From: Candidatus Altimarinota bacterium
Lineage (GTDB): Bacteria > Patescibacteriota > Gracilibacteria > UBA1369
Reading direction: 5' to 3'
NCBI GenBank assembly: GCA_041659405.1
Contig: JBAZYK010000006.1
Coordinates: forward strand, 30,001 to 62,000
DNA length: 32,000 nt
Part shown: in pieces, positions 1 through 8,542 of the stretch
How the letters are laid out: each line of letters opens with the position of its first letter
Numbering within the stretch: the stretch's first letter is position 1
Program-made: the position numbers and the translations under genes
The notes under the pieces: model-generated
Database searches by the model: none
What the model was told of the DNA's origin: nothing
The model's input: the letters and a program-made list of their open reading frames with translations, nothing else

Positions 1-293
1 TTTTAAATCGCTCTCTTCATCAAGAAGAGTTTCCCCTAGAGTAAGAACCTTTCTAGTCAGTGTTCCAATTTTTTTATATTTTAAGCCTTTGGGCGAGAGG
101 TTACCATCAGTGTACCTACCCACCATTTCTTTGCCAAAAATTTTAAATTTTTCAATTAAAGCAGGAGTAAAAGGAAATTTTTCCTTTTTTTGAGGAGGCG
201 GATTCAAATCCGCACCGCACCCTTTATATTGAGCGATTACATCAGCGAAACTGGGAAGAGATTGCATTTTTTCGGGAGTAGACATATTTTTTT

Positions 294-1085
294 TTACTTG
301 AAGATTGAAGCGACACTTTCTCTGATTTTTCTTAAAATGGATTCCGCTTTCTTCCCCTCACTTCCCTTCTCAATTTCTGTTCTATGCCATTTCCCAGTCG
401 GAGAATTTTTTTGATTAAAATACTGAAGTCCTTTTGCAGCTTCAGGATCACCTTTTTCCAAAATTTTCTTCCATTGCCCAAGTAATCTTAGGGCATTATC
501 ACAATGAGCACTACATGGAGTAAAAGAAGGAGGACGAAAATCTAATTGCTCGGAATATGATTTTCCTGAACGAAATAATTGCATCAATTCAAAATCGAAA
601 TTCGAAATAATTTTTTTAGGCGAAAAAGATTTTCTAGCTTTAAGATTTTTTTGGGAATGAATGTACTCTTCTGTACAACATTCAGGGTATCCCAAAAACT
701 TGCCATTAATTTTGTGAGACTCACTATAATTAGCCCCTTCAGGAAGAACAAGTTCACTCCTATAACAATCAGAAATTATTTCAGGTGAAGCAACTTCATA
801 TATTGGGTCTAAACTATGTGGATCGTTGGTTTGTATGGCTTGTAATCCTAATTTTTCAACCAATTTCAAAAAAGTTTTATGATTACCTCCAATTATGGTT
901 CCAGGTTTAACTCCTTCAGCCACTAATAAAAGTTGAGCACGATCCAACCCATTCAAGGCTTTCCAATCAGGAGATTCATAAACATCCTTATGTTTAAGCT
1001 CAATTTCATCTGTCGGCTTCTCTAGTTTTTCGACCATAAATAACTTTAAAAGTATCTTGTTATTATACAACAATATATACGTCAA
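294..1085 (-). CDS. Conserved hypothetical protein with a 'GYPECC' motif, possibly DUF483-like; start more likely the internal Met (MVEKLEKP, ~1037)
   Basis: 263-aa ORF; motif FLGYPECCTEEY and later Cys residues (FTPCSAHCDNALRLL). Family assignment is from memory of motif style only. Confidence 0.6.
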   Translation of the reverse strand: MTYILLYNNKILLKLFMVEKLEKPTDEIELKHKDVYESPDWKALNGLDRAQLLLVAEGVKPGTIIGGNHKTFLKLVEKLGLQAIQTNDPHSLDPIYEVASPEIISDCYRSELVLPEGANYSESHKINGKFLGYPECCTEEYIHSQKNLKARKSFSPKKIISNFDFELMQLFRSGKSYSEQLDFRPPSFTPCSAHCDNALRLLGQWKKILEKGDPEAAKGLQYFNQKNSPTGKWHRTEIEKGSEGKKAESILRKIRESVASIFK

Positions 1086-1113
1086 AGCAAACTAAGCACT
1101 CCCCCAAGAGTTT

Positions 1114-1178
1114 ATGGCTTACTGCAGCCAGTGTACTTTTTCCGGATCTTAACAGCGCAACATTCTTCAATGTGTAAA
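1114..1178 (-). repeat. Intergenic dispersed repeat family A, copy 1 (65-bp partial, inverted)
   Basis: Reverse complement tttacacattgaagaatgttgcgctgttaagatccggaaaaagtacactggctgcagtaagccat aligns without gaps to the first 65 bp of copies 2 and 3; the 38 bp from TTAAG onward is most conserved. Confidence 0.8.
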
Positions 1179-1253
1179 GAGACCGGCGAAAATAGCGAAG
1201 AAGCGCATCCAAAAACGCTTGGAATAAAAAAAACAAGCCCGCACCCCCTACCC

Positions 1254-2384
1254 TCAAATCATCCCCTCGATCTGCTTCTTTATCTCCGGAATTCCAACCA
1301 TCGTCACCGTCGAAACAAAACATGGCTTAAAGGCCTTATATTTTTTGGCCAACTCTTTGCACTTTTTTTCGATTTCTTTTTTTGTATGTCGAGCCGCCAA
1401 TAAATCCAACTTATTAAAAACGTAAATCATGGGCTTGTCTGCGACCTTAATTTTCTCCAAAATATCATGCACGACCTTCATTTTATCCTCCATTTTTGGA
1501 TCGTTCAGGTCGATCACATGCACCAAAAGATCAGCTTCAATTGTTTCTTCCAATGTGGATTGAAAAGACTTAATTAAAGTCGCCGCAAGATCCTGAATAA
1601 AACCAATTGTGTCCGAAACAAGCACTTCTTTGCGCTCTACTCGGCCATCATCAAAACTCTTTTCAAAATATAATTTCCCAACACGCGTATCCAAAGTGGC
1701 AAAAAGTTTATCGGCCGCGTAAGCGCCTTTATGCGTTAAAGCATTTAACAAACTCGATTTCCCGGCATTGGTATAACCAATAATTCCAACAGTTTTTAAA
1801 TTTTTGCGACGACGACCTTCACGGTGCAATTTACGCACACGTTTACAGTCCTCCAATTCTTCCAAAATTCGATCTTCATGTTTGGAAAGATGCCTTTTCA
1901 TTGTTTCCAAATTGGTTTCACCTGCACCGCGCGTTCCGATTCCACCACCCTGACGAGTTAACTGCATACCCATGCCATAAATACGTGGCCCCATGTGCCG
2001 AATGGAAGCCAGTTCAATTTCCAATTTTGCCTCACGCGTGGAAGCGTGCTTTTGAAAAATCTTCAAAATCAAATCAAGTCGATCCCAAACTTCCATTTTT
2101 ACATCCCGCAGCATTTCACCCAAATTATAAGTCTGCATCGGCCTAAGTTCGTTGTTCACAATCAAAATATTGGCGCCACATTCCAGCGCCTCTTTTTTAA
2201 TTTCGTCAACTTTTCCGCCACCAATATAAGTTTTGTAATTCGGCTCAATTTTTTTCTGAATCCGCTTGATCAAAACCACACCGCCAAAAGTTCGCACCAA
2301 ACTTTCCGCTTCATCAAGGCGATAATCCGCCTCTTCTTTAGTGACGTTTGGAGGAACAAGATCTATAAGAATTGCTTTTAGCAT
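1254..2384 (-). CDS. hflX: GTPase HflX
   Basis: 376 aa; YIGGGKVDEI, GPRIYGMGMQLTRQGGGIGTRGAGETNLE, G1 GYTNAGKSSLLNAL, DTIGFI, NKLD motifs typical of HflX. Confidence 0.97.
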   Translation of the reverse strand: MLKAILIDLVPPNVTKEEADYRLDEAESLVRTFGGVVLIKRIQKKIEPNYKTYIGGGKVDEIKKEALECGANILIVNNELRPMQTYNLGEMLRDVKMEVWDRLDLILKIFQKHASTREAKLEIELASIRHMGPRIYGMGMQLTRQGGGIGTRGAGETNLETMKRHLSKHEDRILEELEDCKRVRKLHREGRRRKNLKTVGIIGYTNAGKSSLLNALTHKGAYAADKLFATLDTRVGKLYFEKSFDDGRVERKEVLVSDTIGFIQDLAATLIKSFQSTLEETIEADLLVHVIDLNDPKMEDKMKVVHDILEKIKVADKPMIYVFNKLDLLAARHTKKEIEKKCKELAKKYKAFKPCFVSTVTMVGIPEIKKQIEGMI

Positions 2385-2430
2385 GCATCAAGATTACCAC
2401 AAATTGTCGAAAACCGCATAAGTGGGCAAC

Positions 2431-3456
2431 CTAAGCCACAAATTCCTTTTCCACAGCCACATCGTATTTTCCAAGTGCGGCCAAACCGTTGCATTTTGAG
2501 CGATGAACCAACGCCTGTTGAGCCCGCCCCACATTATTAACAATATCCTGAGCCCAAATTTTTAAAGCCGGACTTTGGATCGCACGACCATAAGAAAAAC
2601 TTAATGGCCAAGGAAGCCCGCCAATTTTGTTCATTAAATCCAAATGAATGGTTGCGTCGGAGTCACTCTGACCACCGGAAAGGAACACAACACCGGCTAA
2701 ATCATGAGGAACGTTTTCCATAAGACATTTTACCGTTTGCTTTGCCACCTCTGCCGCAGGAGCTTTTTCGGCATCTTTACCGGGCAACACCATACTTACT
2801 TTCAAAATCGTCCCTTTTACATCCACGCCCTGTTCCGCCAATTGACTAAACAAAGCCTTTAAAGTCAAAGCAGTCACTTCATAACATTTTTCAATTGTAT
2901 GATTTCCATCGATCAAAATTTCCGGTTCAACCATTGGCACCAACCCATTTTCCTGACAAAGCGCCGCATAACGCGCCAAAGCATGCGCATTTGCCATAAT
3001 ACAAGCCTGACTTGGCATATTCGCGCCAATCGCGATCACCGCGCGCCATTTAGCAAACTGCGCACCTAATTTTCCATATTCAACCAGACGATCACGCAAA
3101 CCATCAAGCCCTTCGGTCACAACTTCACCTTCATGCAGCGCCAAAGGCTTTGTTCCCGCATCCACCTTAATACCCGGAATAATCCCCTTCTGCTTTAAAA
3201 CTTCAGCAAAAGGAACCTCATTCTTATCTTTTTGACGGATCGTTTCATCATACAAAATCATACCACTTATATACTGTTCAACGCCCGGCGCAGAAACCAA
3301 TAATTCACGATAAGCACGACGATTTTCCTCTGTGCACTCAACGTTAACACCATCAAAACGCTTTTTACACGTGCCGGAACTTTCATCAATCGCTAAAATT
3401 CCTTTTCCGGGAGCAACCATGGCTTTTGCCGTTGCGGCTAAAACTTTTGAATCCAT
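2431..3456 (-). CDS. Fructose-bisphosphate aldolase, class I
   Basis: 341 aa; MVAPGKGILAIDESSGTCKKRF, GIKVDAG, VPMVEPEILIDG, KVSMVLPGKD, VFLSGGQSD, LSFSYGRAIQSPAL: classical class I aldolase motifs. Confidence 0.95.
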   Translation of the reverse strand: MDSKVLAATAKAMVAPGKGILAIDESSGTCKKRFDGVNVECTEENRRAYRELLVSAPGVEQYISGMILYDETIRQKDKNEVPFAEVLKQKGIIPGIKVDAGTKPLALHEGEVVTEGLDGLRDRLVEYGKLGAQFAKWRAVIAIGANMPSQACIMANAHALARYAALCQENGLVPMVEPEILIDGNHTIEKCYEVTALTLKALFSQLAEQGVDVKGTILKVSMVLPGKDAEKAPAAEVAKQTVKCLMENVPHDLAGVVFLSGGQSDSDATIHLDLMNKIGGLPWPLSFSYGRAIQSPALKIWAQDIVNNVGRAQQALVHRSKCNGLAALGKYDVAVEKEFVA

Positions 3457-3577
3457 AATTTTTAAAAGTTAAAGAATCTGATCGCCATCAAAATAATCAG
3501 ATTTTAAAGGAAAGACAAATTTTTCACCTTTCTTGGTCACTTTTGCCACTTTCACTCTTTCCGAAAATGAAAAAATC

Positions 3578-3586
3578 TGTTATAAT
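3578..3586 (+). promoter_or_regulatory. Extended -10 promoter element for the surface-protein gene
   Basis: TGtTATAAT at 3578-3586, ~33 bp upstream of the ATG at 3619; no strong -35 seen. Confidence 0.5.
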
Positions 3587-3618
3587 GTCTAGAAATATAA
3601 ATTTATATAACTTCCATT

Positions 3619-6600
3619 ATGAAAAACAAAAACACCAAAAAAGTTCTACGTTCAATCGCAAAAACAAGCTTCGTCTTTATGTTGCTGTTTGTTTTCAATT
3701 TAAAACCGGCGCTGGCGGCAAGTATTTATAATGTTACTGAAGCCACCGCTACAGTTGGAGCATCAACAAGTTTAACCATTCAATATACGGTTGATACAGC
3801 CGAACAAACATGGCTACTTGGAGAAATTTTTGGCATTCAATTACCTGCCAATTTTCCAAACTGGACCGCCGCAGGAGTAAGTTTCACGGCGGAATACGAC
3901 ACCGACACAACTAATGATGGAATTGGCGAAACAGCCATCACCTCAGGTGGTGGAAATGGGCAATATGCAATCGTTGGAGATACTCTAAACATCACCTGGG
4001 ATCCTTCTGACCCCCCTCCGGCAGCAACAGGATGGGGCCCCCCAACCGCCGGAGCATCAACCATTAGAGTCCTGATTACCGGAGAAGTCCCAACTTATTC
4101 CAACGCAACCTCAACTTTTACATTTAAAAAAACAGCCACCATTGGAACAGATACGGTAAACGTTAGCGCGGCCAACCCTTCAGCTTCTATCGATATTACT
4201 CATATTGCAACCGTTGGCACAGGTGGAACCGTACCTTTTAGCTTCAGTCCACATATAGAATTGTCCGCAGGCTCCTATATAACAATTACTTTCCCGGCAA
4301 ACTTTAATATTTCCGCTGCAAATACCGGAGTAGGCGCAGTAACTTCCAATTTTACCGGAACTCCAACTTTTACAGCGAGTCTCCTTGGCCAAAATCTTAT
4401 CTTAACCGCGAACGGAACAATCCCGGTTGAAATTGGTAAAACAATTACCATTCCCGCGGGACTGGTTGCTTCCTACAAGGCTGATGCTTCTACAATTACA
4501 GTCACAGTTAATGATTCTTCGGGAAATTTAGTTTCAAGTTCAGCCGCTGCGACAATAGCAGCAACATCCGCCGGCGCATTAAGTTTGACCAGTGCCACAC
4601 TGCCGCTTCTTGTTGTTAGCACTAAAAATACACTCAGTATTGCATTTACAACAGTCAACGACAGTCCATCTGCCGGAAAATTTATAATCAATTTACCAGC
4701 TGGATTTAGCGGAACAGCCGCATCGGACGGAGCCTGCACGGGCCTTGATGGAACATGGACAACAACCGGCGCCGCTTCGGTTGTAACTTTAACCAGGAGT
4801 GGCGGAAGTCCGGGAATTTCACCAATCTTAACCGTTGCTTGTACTATCAACAACATCACAAACCCAAGTTCAGCAGGCGCCGTTGGAACTTTCACTTATC
4901 AAACAACTACTTCAAACGCCAGCCAGGTTCTTGATGAAGGAACAGCACTCAGCACACAGACAATCGTTGCCGTTGGAGCTTTAACCGGAAGCGTGCAACA
5001 TTCAACATTGGTTGCAGGACAAACCGGAACCGCGACAATTTCTTTTTCAACCATAAATTCCATACCAAATGGTGGAAAAGTTATTGCAACATTTCCAGCA
5101 GGATTTGAAGTATCTGGAGCTAATGCTTTAACAGCAACAAGTTTAAGCGGACTTGCTGGAACCTGGACAGCATCGGTCTCCGGCCAGGTAATAACATTCA
5201 CACAAAGTGCAGGTAGTTTAAGTACTGCCGGATCAAAAAGCTTTACAATAGCAGGGATTCACAACCCAACAAGTCCAGGATCAGCCGGAACTTATTCCAT
5301 TTCAACACAAACCCCCACAGGAGAAACTATTGATACAAATACCGGTGTTGCCGCCAACACAATCACTGCAGCCGGTGGAGGTTCTTTTATATCTTTAGGA
5401 TCTTCAGGTACTTCAACAACTCCAACAACAACACCTCCTTCCACTCAACCAACAACAACTCCAACTGAACCTCAAATTCAACCTCCAACAGAGCCTCAAA
5501 TTCAACCACCACAATTACCTACTCCTCCAGCTCTTCCTGCTCCAAAAACACCTACGGCTCCCGCTCCAAAAGCTCCAGCCAAGGTAGCCCCAAGAACCAC
5601 GACCACCACAAAGGCACCCGCAAGAACAACGACGACAACAACTTCTACAAGCACAAGTTCCAGCACACATTCAAGTGCAACAACACCTCCACCGGTTATA
5701 GATGTACGAACATCACCTGATTTCCCTAAAGCACTTCTTTGCGCTAATACACCCGCAACCCGTCTTCAAGGTAATATTTCAAATGACCGGGATACAGAGG
5801 GTGACGGCATTTCTGATTTAATGGAAAATGCCTGTGGCACAAATCCAACTAAAGCAGATACCGATGATGATGGTTACTCCGATAACGTTGAAATTTTCCA
5901 ATTGGTCACAGATCCAACCAATCCAAATGACCCACCTAAAAATCAACCAATCGCCACACGCGTAAGCAGTCTTTTTGATGGCGTAATAGTAGAAGATAAG
6001 AATCCTTTAATCACAGGAAGCACTCGAGCCAATTCATTGGTGGAAATAACCATCAAAGATGATAAAGGCCAAATCGTAAGAACTCAAGAAATCAAATCAG
6101 ACGCAAACGGCGGATTCCTTTATGTTCCAGCCGTCGGCCTGCCGGACGGAAATTACACCCTTGAAACCATCGAAAAACCAAATCAAACAGGTTCTTTAAT
6201 GGGATCATTAAAAGCGGATGTTCTTGGAGCAACTAACACCAAAAACGTAATCACTGCCGTTAATTCCAAACCGGTACATTTCACTATCAGCGCAAAAACT
6301 CCAAGCGTAACACCTCCATCACCAAAAAAGTTGGCTGAAAAAGATCTAACTGATGAAATTATCAATGGAGGAATTAAAGTTGCCATCGTTAATAATCTAC
6401 CGGTACTAAGTGGAAAAACCGGGTTTGGATCAGAAGTAAAAGCAACCTACCAAAGCGTAGTTTTAACTTCTGCTTTGATTGCAGATAGTACAACCGGTGA
6501 TTTTGCCATCAAGCCTTCAGAAAGTTTTGAAACTGGCGATCATACCATTTACGTCCAGGCCATCAGACCAAGCGACGGCACTATCAGCAAAACTGTCAAA

Positions 6601-6807
6601 GTTTCTTTTAACATTGCAGCAAGCGCTCCTACCACAACAATCGAACAAAAAACAACTACTTTCCATGGAGCAAGCCAAACTTCAGATAACACAATTTATT
6701 GGGTTATTGGAGGAGCGGTTCTAATCGTAGTTTTGGGTGGCGCATACGCTGTAAGTCGCAGAAAGAAGACCTCGGGCCCATCTAAGCACGATAATCAGGA
6801 CAAATAG
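3619..6807 (+). CDS. Large secreted cell-surface protein with N-terminal signal sequence, repeated beta-rich domains, P/T/K-rich linker, Ca-binding (thrombospondin type 3-like) segment, Ig-like region and C-terminal membrane anchor
   Basis: 1062 aa; hydrophobic N-terminus SFVFMLLFVFNLKPALAAS; DTEGDGISDLMENACGTNPTKADTDDDGYSDNVE; C-terminal YWVIGGAVLIVVLGGAYAVSRRKK. Confidence 0.85.
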   Translation: MKNKNTKKVLRSIAKTSFVFMLLFVFNLKPALAASIYNVTEATATVGASTSLTIQYTVDTAEQTWLLGEIFGIQLPANFPNWTAAGVSFTAEYDTDTTNDGIGETAITSGGGNGQYAIVGDTLNITWDPSDPPPAATGWGPPTAGASTIRVLITGEVPTYSNATSTFTFKKTATIGTDTVNVSAANPSASIDITHIATVGTGGTVPFSFSPHIELSAGSYITITFPANFNISAANTGVGAVTSNFTGTPTFTASLLGQNLILTANGTIPVEIGKTITIPAGLVASYKADASTITVTVNDSSGNLVSSSAAATIAATSAGALSLTSATLPLLVVSTKNTLSIAFTTVNDSPSAGKFIINLPAGFSGTAASDGACTGLDGTWTTTGAASVVTLTRSGGSPGISPILTVACTINNITNPSSAGAVGTFTYQTTTSNASQVLDEGTALSTQTIVAVGALTGSVQHSTLVAGQTGTATISFSTINSIPNGGKVIATFPAGFEVSGANALTATSLSGLAGTWTASVSGQVITFTQSAGSLSTAGSKSFTIAGIHNPTSPGSAGTYSISTQTPTGETIDTNTGVAANTITAAGGGSFISLGSSGTSTTPTTTPPSTQPTTTPTEPQIQPPTEPQIQPPQLPTPPALPAPKTPTAPAPKAPAKVAPRTTTTTKAPARTTTTTTSTSTSSSTHSSATTPPPVIDVRTSPDFPKALLCANTPATRLQGNISNDRDTEGDGISDLMENACGTNPTKADTDDDGYSDNVEIFQLVTDPTNPNDPPKNQPIATRVSSLFDGVIVEDKNPLITGSTRANSLVEITIKDDKGQIVRTQEIKSDANGGFLYVPAVGLPDGNYTLETIEKPNQTGSLMGSLKADVLGATNTKNVITAVNSKPVHFTISAKTPSVTPPSPKKLAEKDLTDEIINGGIKVAIVNNLPVLSGKTGFGSEVKATYQSVVLTSALIADSTTGDFAIKPSESFETGDHTIYVQAIRPSDGTISKTVKVSFNIAASAPTTTIEQKTTTFHGASQTSDNTIYWVIGGAVLIVVLGGAYAVSRRKKTSGPSKHDNQDK

Positions 6808-6831
6808 AACAAAGTATGCTAAAGTCGCCCC

Positions 6832-7536
6832 ATGCGTATCAATAAATTTTTAGCCCAGGCTGGAGTATGTTCCAGGCGTGAAGCCGACGAACTGATCCGT
6901 AACGGCAAAGTTACAATCAATGGCAAGGTTGCCGGCCTTGGCGATCAAATCACCGAGGAAGACAACGTAGAAGTTGAAGGCAAAAAGGTTTCCAAAGAAG
7001 AAACCGAAAAAGTCTATATTGCTTTCCACAAGCCTTTTGGTGTCATTACGACCACCGATAAAACCATGGACAACAATATTTTGGATTGGGTCGATTTGAA
7101 AACTCACCGCATTTTTCCGGTTGGTCGACTTGATGTGCAATCTTCTGGACTAATCTTGTTGACCAATGACGGAGAAATCGTCGACAAGATCTGCAGGTCT
7201 GTAAATCAACACGAAAAAGAATATTTGGTAACTGTGGATAAATCGATTACGCCGGAATTTTTAAAAAAAATGGCTGAAGGCGTTTACATTTTCAAACGCA
7301 AAACTCTTCCGGCCCGAATCCAGCAAATTTCCCCTCAACAATTCGACATTGTGATTGTGCAGGGCATGAACAAGCAGATTCGCCGCATGTGTGAAGGACT
7401 TGGATATAATGTGGAAATCCTAAAAAGAATTCGCATCATGAACATAAAACTCGGCGAACTCCAACGCGGCAAATGGCGATTTTTAACCAACGGCGAAAGA
7501 AAAGATCTGCTAAGGGCATTGAATTTAGAGCGATAG
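6832..7536 (+). CDS. rRNA pseudouridine synthase, RsuA/RluB/E/F family (RluF-like)
   Basis: 234 aa; S4 domain MRINKFLAQAGVCSRREADELIRNGKVTINGK, KPFGVITT, FPVGRLDVQSSGLILLTNDG, GMNKQIRRMCEGLGY. Confidence 0.95.
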   Translation: MRINKFLAQAGVCSRREADELIRNGKVTINGKVAGLGDQITEEDNVEVEGKKVSKEETEKVYIAFHKPFGVITTTDKTMDNNILDWVDLKTHRIFPVGRLDVQSSGLILLTNDGEIVDKICRSVNQHEKEYLVTVDKSITPEFLKKMAEGVYIFKRKTLPARIQQISPQQFDIVIVQGMNKQIRRMCEGLGYNVEILKRIRIMNIKLGELQRGKWRFLTNGERKDLLRALNLER

Positions 7537-7543
7537 CCCAGAT

Positions 7544-8365
7544 CTATGGTCCAAAATTAAGTGGATCCACCACGGGTTGATCTGGTGTACTTTTTTCTAC
7601 CGGGAAGACTAATGGATCTGGTTTTGGATGATTTTTGTTTGCCCAGGCTACGGCACTATCAGTTTCAAAACCTTTTTTATCAGTAAGGGTGCAATTTATA
7701 AGTGTTACCTGGTCAGGCCTCCATTCGCCCCCAGTGAAATACAACCCATAATCATGTCCAAAGTTTTTACTTCCCTTTCTTTTAAGGGATAACTCATATT
7801 TAGTCCGTCCGCGGTCATCAAAACTGGATGGAGTAATGTCGTACTCTTCTTCCCACTTTATGGCATTTGCGGCTTTTTTTAGACCAAGCTGAACTCTTAC
7901 CTGATCACTTACGGTACATGGTCTGTATTCTGCTGTTAAACTGTGGGTAATAGGGTGTTCTTTTTCATATCGTGATTGTTGATTAAGTAAACTGGGATCA
8001 TCAATTGGGTCTGTAGGAACAAGTGTTCTGCATTTGTCACCTTCAGCTGTTACTTCGCGGCGTGGGCAGTTTGTGGCGGGACCAAAGGTATCATCTGCCA
8101 AAACTTTTAATACTATTGTATGAGTACTGTTAGCCCGGTCATAAGCTGTTTGTGCATTGGCAAAAGCTTCAAATTCGGGTGAAGCAGGGTCGATTGGTAT
8201 TTTGTATGGATCAGGGCCTTCCGGGAAAGGGAATCTTTCTTTCAATCTTGTTACATCTCCTTCAACATCTGAACCTTTACATACAAATTGTTGAAATTCC
8301 CCTTCAGCTTCAGCCATAATTATAATTTTAAGACGTAAAATTGTTTTCCTGAAGCTATCATTCAA
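7544..8365 (-). CDS. Hypothetical protein, likely starting at the internal Met (MAEAEGEFQQF, 8317)
   Basis: 273-aa ORF; no recognised family; intact reading frame, start upstream of MAEAEGE looks non-coding. Confidence 0.6.
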   Translation of the reverse strand: MNDSFRKTILRLKIIIMAEAEGEFQQFVCKGSDVEGDVTRLKERFPFPEGPDPYKIPIDPASPEFEAFANAQTAYDRANSTHTIVLKVLADDTFGPATNCPRREVTAEGDKCRTLVPTDPIDDPSLLNQQSRYEKEHPITHSLTAEYRPCTVSDQVRVQLGLKKAANAIKWEEEYDITPSSFDDRGRTKYELSLKRKGSKNFGHDYGLYFTGGEWRPDQVTLINCTLTDKKGFETDSAVAWANKNHPKPDPLVFPVEKSTPDQPVVDPLNFGP

Positions 8366-8439
8366 ATATTCTAACTGTCAAATACCCAAAACTTGAACTT
8401 ACACATCTTTTAGTATAGGAAAAAACGGACGAGCCCCTC

Positions 8440-8542
8440 TTTACACATCTTAATTTATTGTCCGATTAAGAACCAGGAAAAGTACACCGGCTGCAGTAAG
8501 CCATAATTGCCACAACATCATCTTTGTAACTAAATTTTGGCA
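8440..8542 (+). repeat. Intergenic dispersed repeat family A, copy 2 (103 bp)
   Basis: Direct reading: tttacacatcttaatttattgtccgattaagaaccaggaaaagtacaccggctgcagtaagccataattgccacaacatcatctttgtaactaaattttggca; about 91% identical and gap-free to 10812-10914. Confidence 0.9.

Noticed and set aside
1131-1403. 90-aa plus-strand ORF near the family A repeat
   Set aside because: It overlaps the 3' end of hflX on the opposite strand; no start signal or homology.
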